64,000 nucleotides of DNA from Tubiluchus corallicola (taxonomy: Eukaryota; Animalia; Priapulida). The notes below the pieces were generated by a model. That model had not been told where the DNA came from and made no database searches. It saw only the letters and a program-made list of their open reading frames with translations. The position numbers were made by a program, and so were the translations under genes. This document shows positions 24,259-36,575 of this stretch, in pieces. Every line of letters starts with the position of its first letter. Position 1 is the first letter of the stretch. Location: the NCBI GenBank assembly GCA_030141605.1, contig JAQGDQ010000320.1:186001-250000 (forward strand), written 5' to 3'.

Positions 24259-24790
24259 CAGGGGTAGCCCGTAGTCAAAATTAGTGGGAGGGGGGTGCTG
24301 CTTCAGAAAAATTTTAGCCATTGTTTTAATACTGTGTAAGATGAAACGAACATGTAATTTTAATTTTGTAATTTGTAATTGTAATTTTAAACAAACAAAC
24401 ATATGAAAGTTTATACATAAACTTGATAAAGCCCTAAACAAAAAAACTTTGCTTACGAATAGCCTAAATTGTCCCAGGACAAGAATATGCCAGCACATGG
24501 TTTTTAAGCACGTGACAACTGACAACGAACTGCGTGAGTGACAGTACTTTCTCTACCTAGCGGCAGATGCTAGCAGTGCGCTGTACAGCACGGCCGCATG
24601 TGCACAACAGCCAAACACACCACCGTGCAGGGCTGTGAAGCAAACACTAATATCCTCATGTGCTCTGTACAACTATAAAGACAGAGCCAAAGCAAAAAGA
24701 CTTATTACTGTACATAGAATATTCTCGATAATCCTGAATGAAAATCGGGAGTGCTGCAGTTCCACAGTACCTACACACGAACCGCCATTG
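24259..24790. mobile_element. hAT-type MITE
   Basis: CAGGGGTAG ... CCGCCATTG termini; perfect 8-bp TSD GTTACTTT. Confidence 0.75.
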
Positions 24791-25404
24791 GTTACTTTAT
24801 ACCAATGAAGGACAGAATACTGTTGCTACAATTAGCATTAGCATAAAAATTATTCAAGCTGTTTGGGCTTTACGGTGACAAACTAAGTCATCATTTTGCT
24901 CAGCATAACTGTTTATTGTTTGTGTACCATTTTCACGTCACGTGACCCTTAGTCATTTACTTCATCATATCTGACACTGTGACGCCATTACCCAAAATAT
25001 TACATTTTATCTGAAACAAGATATATAAATTTCTTTAATAAACTAACTCATTTCTATCAAAAGATCGATTACGATTACGTGAAATTAATGAGAGACTTAC
25101 AGTAAATAAAATAAATGACTAAATAAAATTTACGTACATCGTTGGCATTAAATCATGAGTTCACAGAAACATGTCATCACATGAACACCTTTAAACTTAA
25201 ATGACCGGAAATTCACTAGGATGCAAATATTGAGGCCAGGTGTCGCCACTTGTAACTGTATGGCTATATTAAATTTAACAAACAAAAATCCTTGACACCG
25301 CCTCCTTAAATGCATGTTAGACATTTACTATTTACTACAAATGCTGGTATACAGAGTCAACACAAAATGTGCTTTCCTCATAATTATAAAATCATCCATC
25401 TTAC

Positions 25405-25507
25405 ATTGAGGCAAATTTGACCATCGGCTTGCTGACCGTTTCTCCTACGGAAACTACACATTGTATAGTGAACTGCCGCTGTCGCAACACAAAGAAACAC
25501 TGCTTTC
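25405..25507 (-). CDS. DARS1: DARS1 exon 4
   Basis: (G)[33 protein letters not shown]; ctgtttag / gtaag; 103 nt. Confidence 0.95.
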
Positions 25508-26054
25508 CTAAACAGAAACAACCAAACAAAATTCGAGCAATACTACAATGATGACACAAAATTCAGCAGGGATTTGAAATTATGAAACACCTGTAAACAT
25601 GCGAAATACAACTACCTGTGAAAATATTTTTGGTCCCGACTGTTAAACGCCACAGCGCCGCTTATTTTTATTCCTCATTTCGTTATTCTTCTTCTCACTA
25701 TTGTCACTAAATTTTTATTTTTTTTGATATGTGAAAAGTTAAGCTTTAACGACTTTTATTGGACGATTTCGGGGATTTAACAAAAATTGTAGATGTAACA
25801 CGGCCAACAGACTCTTGTCTTTTAAATTCTTGTAAAATATGAAATGAAAAGTAAAAATACATTTTTGGCAAAGATGGCCTCCTTGCTGAAGCAAGAAAAA
25901 TCACGATAAAATAATTGTTCCATTTATGATTGTTGTTGGTGAAATTTGCATCGTTACTTTATTTGCATAAACAGAACCTTAAAAAATGGTTTTGTTCTCC
26001 TTTAATTTCATGTTATAGAAATCAAATTTAAAAATCCAAAAAAAAGAAATGCAC

Positions 26055-26232
26055 CTTTTGCTCTGCTCGTATGAAGGCGTCCTCTCAGCCAAACTAACTG
26101 ATCGCCTTGGTCAGCGCCGAGAGAACGCACTGAAACCAGAGTTCGGTCAAGCTTTTCAGTTGACTGAATCATCTTCATGTTGCCATAGTAACCACTAGCG
26201 TAGTCGTCCTCTACTGCACTCGCAGCTTCTTG
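26055..26232 (-). CDS. DARS1: DARS1 exon 3
   Basis: QEAASAVEDDYASGYYGNMKMIQSTEKLDRTLVSVRSLGADQGDQLVWLRGRLHTSRAK; ttttag / gtgc; 178 nt. Confidence 0.94.
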
Positions 26233-26910
26233 CTAAAAGAAACAATTTGTCGTGATTCACAAACTTCATGCTAGAATACGAGCAAAATAATTACATCTTG
26301 TCTCTTCTGAATCTTGCAACTAGTAAATAATCAAGCATGCTTTGCATTAGTCACACTTAATAGAAAGCACAGCATTTGCGATTAATTTAAACTACTACAA
26401 TAATAAGTTGACATGTGCTGCCACCTACGTTTAAAATTATTTATTAATGAATGGGGTCAAGTTTAATCCAGCTTGTGGCCTTGGTCAGTGCAGCTTAGTC
26501 ACTTATACCTGCCGGGCTTACCGTTACTAAATTTCTATTTTTGTTGATATTTGGAAAGTTAAGCTTTGAAATTAGTTAAGCTTTAGCGACTTTTATTGGA
26601 CGATTTCCGGGATTTAATGAAAATCGTCAACAGACTGTTGTCTTTTAAATTCTTGTAGAATATGAAATGAAAAGTAAACACATTTTTGGTAAAGATGGTC
26701 TCCGTAACATTCGTGGGTGAAGCATACCGTTTATGGTAGTGCTAATTGCTAGTGTGTTCTACTAGCCAATCAGGGAAGCTCAGTGGGTGCATGTGACTTG
26801 GGTAGCTCTGCCAAGGCCAACTGGGGTTTTTTTCTTTCTTGAGCACACCACTGTTGAATGGGTCACCATGTGTCTTCTTTCTCGCGAATAACAGTGTAAT
26901 ATGTAAATAG

Positions 26911-27667
26911 AACTTCAGTCTTTCATAGTTCAACACACTTTTATATTCTTTGTTTCAACTACCAGAGTGAACCAGTCTACAACAGTCTACACTAACTTTA
27001 GTCTCTCACAGTTCAACACAATTTCATATTCTTTGTTTCAACTACCAGAGTGAACCAGTCTACAACAGTCTACACTAACTTTAGTCTCTCACAGTTCAAC
27101 ACAATTTCATATTCTTTGTTTCAACCACCAGAGTGAACCAGTCTACAACAGTCTATACTAACTTCAGTCTCTCACAGGTCAATACAATTTCATATTCTTT
27201 GTTTCAACCACCAGAGTGAACCAGTCAACAACAGTCTACACTAACTTCAGTCTTTCACAGTTCAACACAATTTCATATTCTTTGTTTCAACTACCAGAGT
27301 GAGCCAGTCTACAACAGTCTACACTAACTTCAGTCTTTCACAGTTCAACACAATTTCATATTCTTTGTTTCAACCACCAGAGTGAACCAGTCTACAACAG
27401 TCTACACTAACTTCAGTCTTTCACAGTTCAACACAATTTCATATTCTTTGTTTCAACCACCAGAGTGAACCAGTCTACAACAGTCTACACTAACTTCAGT
27501 CTTTCACAGTTCAACACTATTTCATATTCTTTGTTTCAACCACCAGAGTGAACCAGTCTACAACAGTCTACACTAACTTCAGTCTCTCACAGTTCAACAC
27601 AATTTCGTATTCTTTGTTTCAACCACCAGAGTTAGCCAGTCTACAACAGCGTGCACTAACTTCAGTC
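26911..27667. repeat. 83-bp tandem repeat, about 9 copies
   Basis: Unit aacttcagtctttcacagttcaacacaatttcatattctttgtttcaaccaccagagtgaaccagtctacaacagtctacact. Confidence 0.95.
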
Positions 27668-28395
27668 GAATATATTTCAAGTTCTCTACAAATACAATAC
27701 TTCTATGCTGTCAGCTATAAAGTTTCTACACAGCACCCACTTCCATTGCTTTGCTAATCATTTTGATCTGGTTGTTTGGAAACATAACAAAACTCTAGGC
27801 AAGTGAAGTTACTAAACCTGGACAATTGCTTGTCACTGGGGGTGAACCTTCTCTAGAATTAAACAAGAGTACCTACAGTAATTTATTATTATGGTTCCTG
27901 TTTTTTACAGTTTTTTCTAGTCTTAAATGATTTAGATTCCAGTCAGGTTAAAGATAACTAGAATTTAGCTTTTCACATTTTCCCATTAATTAACCGTAAA
28001 TCACACTAGGTATTGTTCTAACTTTGGTGTTCAATTATTTTATGCCACGATGATAGTCTTTCAGTTATGATCTATATGATCATAATCACGATCATCTTTC
28101 AGTTATGATCTACAATCAGAATGATCTACTTTCAGTTAGAAATAATATGTCCTTAAAGTAAGATAGCACAATAAATAATTATTAATTACACAGACATAAC
28201 TTTTATGACAATATGAAGAAGATGACAATATTAAGTAGTGCTACATTCAGTGTTTGAGCACGGAGTGCATAAGGGTAATTTTGATTATTTCATATTTTTG
28301 CAATAAACGCGCAGTCATGCAATACAGACTTGCATCATTGCATGCTTTCACTTCATAAATAGCTTAGTGTCTATCAACATCTGCCTACAGGGTAC

Positions 28396-28504
28396 CTCTT
28401 TCTCAGCTTTTACTTGCTCTTTCCTAGCAGCTTTTTCTGCTTCTTTTTGCATTTTTTTCAAAGCTTTCTTTGATAAAGGCTCGCCATCTGGTCCCAACTT
28501 CTCT
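28396..28504 (-). CDS. DARS1: DARS1 exon 2 (lysine-rich N-terminal helix)
   Basis: EKLGPDGEPLSKKALKKMQKEAEKAARKEQVKAEKE; ttttcttacag / gtaccc; phases fit exons 1 and 3. Confidence 0.9.
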
Positions 28505-28708
28505 CTGTAAGAAAAAATGCAAACAAATATGGTATTACTGATCCTTTTTTCAAGTGGAAAGTAAATTTAAAATTTATTTTGTGTGTCTTAAGTTGCAGAA
28601 CCAAATGAACCATACTACACAATTACACACAAATGAAGTACAATAGTGTTGTGTAACATGGCACATGCACAGTTAGTGCCTATTCAGGGCACACATCCGC
28701 CTACAGAG

Positions 28709-29226
28709 CAGGGGCGGAACTAGATGTGGCAAGCAGGGGGCGGGCGAGGTATCCGAAGTGGTTAAATAATGGTTAAGCCAATTTTTAACCCCTTTTATAC
28801 TGCATGCAGGCCTATAATTAGCATGTGTGTAGGACGGCGTAGCGGACAGAGCAATAATGAGAAAATTAACTCTCAGTTAACCTAACGTTATTAATGTGCT
28901 TCTAAATACGTACAGGGGCACTCTCAAATTTCAGCATGGTACCACTGCTACACCCACATCCTATAGCTGTGCATACAGACCTGTTGGCCTGTGTGTAGAG
29001 CCTGTGACTGTGTGTGGTCCTGTAAGCCTACACTGTGATAGGCACCTCTATGCACACTGAGTATTGTCTGCACGCACACTGAGGCTACCAAACATTTTTT
29101 TACCTAATTCTAATTCATATTGAAAAAGATTAAATGCTCGCTGCAATTTTCACTGCAAAAAAATTGTTTGTCCGATTTGGCAGGGGGGCGCGCGTGCCCC
29201 TTCGCCCCCTCCTAGTTCCGCCCCTG
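28709..29226. mobile_element. hAT-type MITE
   Basis: TIR CAGGGGCGGAACTAG / CTAGTTCCGCCCCTG; TSD CTACAGAG/CTATAGAG. Confidence 0.85.
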
Positions 29227-30019
29227 CTATAGAGACGTTACAGCTTCCCAGCATCCTGACTATTTAACAGATTTCCAACAAACTTTGTGAAGAAAGGTGG
29301 ATACAGAGGGCCAAAATGGGAATCTCTTTCTTTTTCGCAAAAATCTGGTTATTTTTTGCAAAACTTGACCGATCTAAAAAAACGTTCGTGAAGCACTTCA
29401 TGGAGGTCTCAGAGGGAGTGTTTAGTACTTCCTTTTTATTATCTCCACCAGGGCACACAACTACATGTTAGTTTGAGGTTCAATTTCAAGAAAATCTCGC
29501 TTGCAAAACTGTGTAACGCTGTCTATAACCTTTGCTTATTAATGTGTACAGCCCTATAAGGTGACTTGGTAAATATATATTTGTCAGTCTATTACCAACA
29601 CCAAAATTAATGGTGAAAAAGGTAGATAAACACTATGTGGAACATTTGTGCATTAGTGATTATAAAGCCATTTAATGAACAAATATTTTGTGGGTGTTTT
29701 GCTAGTCTATATATTACCAATACATGTACATTTTTGTTGTTTACCTTTGTGTTAAATTTTTTTAATCAAAAGAATCATACGAATAAGATTAGGATTGTGT
29801 TCGGCATTGGCAGAGAACTAGTTCCTATGGAGGGCATTTTAGTTTTATTGTACAAATCAACTGCATCAAAATAACATAATTATGTGCCATTTTTCTAGTG
29901 CTATTTTTACTGTGCCATTTTTAGCCGGACCATTTTTACTGCGCACCATTACTGTATACTAGTGTACATAACTTTTTTTATAAGATTTAAAAGTTCTATG
30001 CAAAAAATATAAAACTCAC

Positions 30020-30051
30020 ACAACTGATTGAGCCGAATCTTCGTTTTGCAT
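30020..30051 (-). CDS. DARS1: DARS1 exon 1 (start codon)
   Basis: aaaATG CAA AAC GAA GAT TCG GCT CAA TCA GTT GT|gtgagt; phase 2 matches exon 2; total CDS 1608 nt = 535 aa. Confidence 0.8.
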
Positions 30052-30059
30052 TTTCACCA

Positions 30060-30480
30060 ACCGTTTTAATAATACGAAAACTGCAGATCTATTAAATTTT
30101 TTGTGCGTGCTTAACTAAGAACAACTTCTTCGCCGACTTGTGATTTATCCACATTCCACATTGAAATTATAACGAAAATTACATCACTCAACTCTTCGAC
30201 ACGCCTTCGTTAATCCTGATTCATGGGAGAGTATACTAAACACGTGCAGCGTACCACGAGCGTACTGCCATAGATAATAATATTACTAACGTAATCTCCG
30301 TAACACAGGACGTGTTGAAAAAAACGACAATTCAGTTCACTTCAATTTTATTTCAAGTCATAACTCTATGTACAAAGTATGTCACTAATCGGCGTGTCAC
30401 GTGGCCGTGGTCTGATGAAATGGTCGTAAGTTTACGGTGTGTGGGGTAGAGGAAATATTATGGCGCATGTAGGCTGCAAT
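30060..30480 (-). promoter_or_regulatory. Probable DARS1 5'UTR/promoter region
   Basis: Directly upstream of the start exon; locally CpG-richer, with CACGTG E-boxes at about 30241 and 30399. Confidence 0.4.
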
Positions 30481-33400
30481 TACAGTTGCATGTGAATGCG
30501 TTTAAGATTTCTTTGACTATAATGCCTAGTCCACAGGATTCCTTCAAAAGAATAATACTCAAAACACCGACATTGAAAAGAGTGACTTTCAAAACACTGA
30601 ACTCTGTCCACGTGATCAGTTTTCACTGACAGTTAATGTGAATAATAATATACTATAACTATTTGTTGAAGTGGCCTTTCCTGAATTCTCTTCATTTCTG
30701 AAATAACGCCAAAACGGCTTGCATGAAAACATGCTTTGTTTTAGTATTGTGCTATGTTACAAATGAAAGCGCAATCAAAGAAAAAGTTCTGCAAAGAAAT
30801 GAAACAAGAATTAAGTTGTTATATTTCGGGAATTAAACGCAGAAGCTCTAATAGATTTTTAAATTATATTCGGATAACACCAAGTTCGATTATTGGACAA
30901 ATTTTCTCTTCCAAGTAATGCAGAAAGAGTAGGTTGAAATTAATCACCATCGCCTGTGTTCTATGACGAGTTTAGTACGAGTTCCTGTACATTTCCTTGT
31001 ACAAGTTTATAAAATTTTCGTACAATTACTCACTGAAATTTCTGCACTCATACACAAAATATATGAAGTCACTTTTTGTTTCGTTAATAATTTGTTTTTA
31101 ATGACAAAGCATCATTTCCACGCATACATTGTAGATGGATTTTTCCAGCTGATCACTGGCGCGCATTATTGGCTGTTCAAAAATCAAGACCAACTTGTTA
31201 TCGTAAGATTTGAATGACATTCAAGTTTGACTGTTATTCTCGGTGTCCACATAGTCCTTCATTAACACTGACAAACTCGAGAAGGATAGTGTTTTGAATG
31301 ACCGTGTGGACGGGTTATACTACCTGATTCTGGAAATCGAGCAATTACGAAGACATGATTAATTTTAATAACGAATATTGTTATCGTTTATGATGACATA
31401 GAATCTCTTTGTTATTACATTAATAATAATTGTGAAATAGTGGCACATTGTGCTGCACATAGGTAATAATAATAATTATGCTGGAATATATAATTATATA
31501 GGCCGGATAGCACATAGCATATTGCTAGCGTTTCAGAAACAACGAGTAATAGTATAGAACAATTTACATCATCAACTAAAGTATTACTCAAACAAAAGCT
31601 AATTTATCATGCCCTCAAAACAGGGAGTCGAAATTTCATTCGTCTTGCAGAAACTGCTATTTTGAGGGGCACGATGAAAAATTTTTCCATTGAACTGAAG
31701 GCCTGCGATTTACCGGTACTTGACCTCACAAAACACTTTGGAGCTATTTTCATTTACATGTAGAGTGGACGCGCATAGGACAAAATAATGTACTAGGTTG
31801 TGTTACATCAACCTCAGGGAAGCAATTTAATCTCATTATGTCAACATAATTATAATAACATAAAGACTACAAATGTATTTTTATCTCAGTTAGTATAATG
31901 TTTCCAATTATATTACAAAAATTAAGTGCTGTAATATGTGATTCGCTCTATTGGCAACTTCTCAGTGTAACATAAATCTTGCAAAGACAATAATTGATTT
32001 ACAGTGTAAGAAATGACTTAAGATGTGATTCGGACAGTATTAATTGTCCTGGGAACATCTTGATGGCGGTCAGAAAGTAGCCAGTGTATGAACATGGAAT
32101 TGATTATACTGCCACTCTGGGAGTTAAAATACGAGCTAATTAATTAATATGGTTGCCAACTTATTCTAGTAAATTCCCCCTATGGGCGTTCGAGTTGAAA
32201 TACCGGGCTTAATTATGGTACTTATCGCGTCACATTCATCACATGTTAGTAGTATCTTATTCATTGCCATAGACAAACATTTGTTGAAAACTCTAGAAAA
32301 AAGTCATGGAAAAAATTACAATTTTGGCTAGGAAAAACATCACAAAATTTAATCATTCTGGCTAGAGTTACAGTTGTAGTAACTGACAGTTATGGCTATG
32401 GCTATGTTAGGGCTGTGATAAGGGTTATGATTAGGGACAGGGTTACGTCAACTTTTCCTGCAAAACCACAATTAATTTAAGTACCATAAACAATTAAAGG
32501 AACAAAACAGATACAGTTACCCCTGGCAACCGTCTCAACGCTGTTCATATATGATGGCATTACATGTATATGAAAAGAATTTCGTTTTGTTCAATATGTT
32601 AAGGTTATGTTTAGGGTTGGGGTTCAGTGACTGATTAACAGTCAATATAACAAGTCTAATATCTGCTTAAGTTAGGATCACATAATGTCTTTGACTTTTA
32701 CTTCCCGATGCCTGATACGTTCTTTTCACATTAATGCATGATCTTATGGAAGCAGATTACCATGCAGTTGTGCTGTTTTACAAGAGTACCATAAACAAAG
32801 AGTCAGTACATGTTATGAGATATATACTGAACAACGACAGGCGATCAATACGGTAGTGCGGTAATACATGTACAGACCATCCACAACTTCGGGCGTGGCA
32901 AATGTGGCACAGACGTGTGGCACACGTGGCCATGTGGCCTGGTGGAGTGGTCCCAACGTCATGTTGTGTATGGGGGGGGGGCAGAGGAATATCATGGAGC
33001 TCCACGAAAGTTCCACACTTTCAAGTCTGCCTGGATGAAAACCTTGCCGATAAAAAGGGCAGTAGAAAATTCGTTATATATATATACTAATTTTGATCTA
33101 TTGTTGTGACAGTAATGGCAAAGCCATCCATCTTCTCTTTCATTTTTGTATCTACCATGTTCTAATTCCAGGTCAAGATTGCAGACACGTAATTTTGTAA
33201 TCTTTTGTCTTAGTTAATAAGTTTTAAAATTAATAATTTACATACTTGTCTGTAAAATCTTTACTTGTCTTTGCCCCCATTTATCTGTACCCTGATTTGA
33301 GGTTATTACCAAAATTTTTATTTTGCGATTCAGGCACATTTTATCAAGTTCAACACCATATGTTTGAAATCCTGGAAAACTTCCCCATTTTGTACAAAGC

Positions 33401-34016
33401 TGTTTCATTTCTTCCTGAGACTGACAAGTTGGCAACTGTTAATATACTTTCTTAAATAGTGTATTTTTAAGAGTTTTTTTTTCTGTTATCAAACAGTAAG
33501 CGTAAAGCTGAGAAAAAGTGATAAAACCATGTATGGAAAGTTTTTTTCACCTTTAGTGGCTAGTGAACCTGTAGCGTAACTTACCGAATGGGTTTCACTC
33601 GATCCACAGCCAATCCTGTGGTCGTGTTAGCTATTTGGTCGTAATTAATGCGCGTTGGACAGATACGCTCACCCCCCCCCCCCCCCCCTATACAGTATGT
33701 ACACTGCACACATCATTAATATGCTCGAAGTTCCCTCGAATTCGAAGGCCGTTTTGCAAACTGGTTTGGGGACGCGTGTTTTGATCTTGTATAGAATTCA
33801 GCTACCTGCTAAGTGTGGAGTGGAGGTATCTAACTTGAACGTTTATTTCTCATAATAAGAATTTTATCAGCTCAATCCCTGAACCGAGACTCAACGGTAA
33901 AACACAGCGTTTGCAACGATATGTTGATTAACTGTTTAGATTGACGTACCTGTTGACATTTGATTGCATTTACTGAATTGGCTTTCAGTGCAGATACTTC
34001 GCTTGCTTTTCGAAAA

Positions 34017-34045
34017 ATGCACTCTGGCAGTGCACATTTGAACGG
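34017..34045 (+). CDS. Candidate leader (start) exon of orphan membrane protein A
   Basis: aaaATG CAC TCT GGC AGT GCA CAT TTG AAC GG|gtgagt: a strong phase-2 donor that fits the acceptor at 36576 and gives 523 aa. Other donors are possible. Confidence 0.5.
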
Positions 34046-35631
34046 GTGAGTGTGGTTCAGTGCTGTTAAGCAGCTGTCAATCTGTCAGTAATAAAAATAT
34101 TGTCATTTATTTTAAGTAGGTTGCGTTTTACTGCATAGAATGACTACAGCTGAAAGTTGTAACCACACTGTGGCTGTGGTCCTAGTAAAGCATTGTGCAT
34201 CGAGCTGTATATTCTATATGCAGTATGCCAGTTACCAGTCTATACATTTGCGGAATTCACAAAAAAACTGAGTTCTGGCTGCAAATTTATATAGAAAATT
34301 TATATTTTTCGCATGTTATTTAAGAGATCAAGTTGTTAAATTGTCTCTTTTCTCTCCATTGCAAGTTATTACGTTGGCATTGCCACCGCCTGGAAATTGT
34401 TCTTTTTTCAACTTGGAATGCAAGTAAATTGGTAACTTATTTGTTCCCACAATACTTTAAGACTAGTTGAGTTGAGGAGCCCTATGTAGCATGTAGCTTA
34501 CTGTCTTCATTACCTGGGGTCGGAGGTAGCCTATATTACTACATTCAACACACTGGAGCCTTTGCAGTGTTAACCAGTTATCAAGCAGACTATTTTTACC
34601 AAAGTTCTGATCACAGTTCGTATTCACACAAGTTTATTGTATTGATCTTGGAACTTCTAATGCATCTAGTTCGCAACATCCTATCTAGCTATTGATTATT
34701 AAGTGTAACAAGCTGACTGTTATTTATGCATTATTTTTGGCATAATCACTATCTTGTTAAAATATATGAGCGGTTAGCTGGTCCTGCTGCCATCTGCTGT
34801 CTACGTTGAGAAGCTTTTGATAGGTGCTGTAGCTTTGCGATCTTTGAAGACTAGCATAGACTAACATTGTTCGCATAGACTAACATGTTTTGGCTATGAA
34901 TACTACTGATTCATGTTAAGTCAGCTTGACAGAGCCTGCCATATGCTCTGAATGCATCTTGTATTTGGATGATGGTGCTCTTAAAGGATCTCTACCATTT
35001 GAGATAATGCAATCACTGAGGAATTCGCTATATAGACAGATTATGTTTGGTGAGGTACCTCAACATTTCTTTATTAGAGCTCAGGTATGCATACCTTCTT
35101 ATGTTGCCTTGAGAGGAACCACTTAGAACCACTGAGAGAAACTAACTTAGGAACCAATGGCTAGATTAATTGACCTTCATTAAACCTCACTCATATCATG
35201 TTGATAATAATATCATATCAAATTGGAATTGAACGTTAACATCAAAGTAGAGACGTTTGCTCATCTGAAAACTGTGTTTGGAAGTGACGTAACCAAGCAG
35301 TAGGCAGCTCCAATTTTTACTCTAGATTGTATCTTGATATTTGTTAATTGTTAATACTGCGTTTAAATAAGTAGGCAAACATTATTTCACTGTTCTTGTT
35401 TTGTCATTTTCTCTACTGTCACTGAGAGGTCTGATAAGATAAAAATATTTGGAGTGTTTGTAGCCTGAATGACACTGGTGAGATCTCACCATTATCAATT
35501 GTTTGTTAATACTGATGATTAATCCCTGGTCTCCATGTTCTGACTCCCATAGTACCATCAGCTTTCATGTTCGTGGCATGAAGTTTGAGGATTAACAAAC
35601 CTCCAGCCACTTTTAAGATTATATTCATATA

Positions 35632-35867
35632 CAGGGTGTTCATAATTCACTGTTCACTTTTGTAATCATGTTTTTTATATTTCAGCTTTCGATCCCAAGA
35701 TGCTTTTGATCCAGACAAAATAAGAAAGATCCAAGTCTGTATTTATGCTAATGAGGGCTGCTTTCAACATTGTTTAGAATTGTCATTCACATTTGCCTCC
35801 CGTATTTTATTATGAAACATATCTGTTGATATATATATAAGTGCACAGTGACTTTCCGTACACCCCG
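35632..35867. mobile_element. Tc1/mariner-type MITE
   Basis: TA-CAGGGTGTTCATAATTCACTGTTCACTT ... AAGTGCACAGTGACTTTCCGTACACCCCG-TA. Confidence 0.65.
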
Positions 35868-36054
35868 TATAATTCACTTATATCTAGCCAAGTTTGGCCC
35901 AAGGCCATAGCTATCTTTGTTACACCAAGGTTTAGCCACTCAAACTTTTAATTAAACAAACTTAGTGTGGCTTGCTAATACTGCGTATTGTAATTTGGTG
36001 TTGGTTTAGGTGACTAATCAGAAAGTAACTAGTTCTGCACTTATATCACCTGTT

Positions 36055-36186
36055 CATAGATTCGGTATAAAACCAGTAGTGTGCTAATAATCGAATATAC
36101 AAATTCACAGGTAATTTTGTAAAAAATTACCTGTGAATTTGTATATTCGATTATTAGCACACTACTGGTTTTATACCGAATCTATG
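36055..36186. repeat. Perfect inverted repeat: 64-bp arms with a 4-nt GTAA loop (fold-back MITE-like)
   Basis: 36055-36118 is the exact reverse complement of 36123-36186; termini CATAGA...TCTATG. Confidence 0.95.
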
Positions 36187-36575
36187 TATATATATATCAT
36201 TTTAACATTCTTACTATTAACTTTTCTAATAACTGTCATGTCACACTTCTTCTTTCTTGGAATTTTACTAGCTGTAAACGTCAAGAGTATTTTAATGGTT
36301 GTACAACACAACACACAGTTAATTTAATTTTTAAACCATATTTTGGAGGGCAGTAGTATAGTAGTTAAATCATTCAATATGTATGCCGAAGCTCCCTGGT
36401 TCAAGTATATGCCGTGTTTCTACTTTTTTACATTTCTTGTATTTTGAAGGTTGGTTTCAAAATTAAATAAATTGTGGGTTGTGCCATTCATTTAATGTTT
36501 GCCAAAACTTTGTGAGTTTTCCAAAAAAAAATGCTGTGCAGTTAAATTGCTTATTTCTACTTCTCCATTTTTCAG

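Noticed and set aside
34926-35126. 66-aa ORF as a leader exon of gene A
   Set aside because: Its obvious donor (CAG|gtatgc) is phase 0, which does not fit the phase-2 acceptor at 36576.
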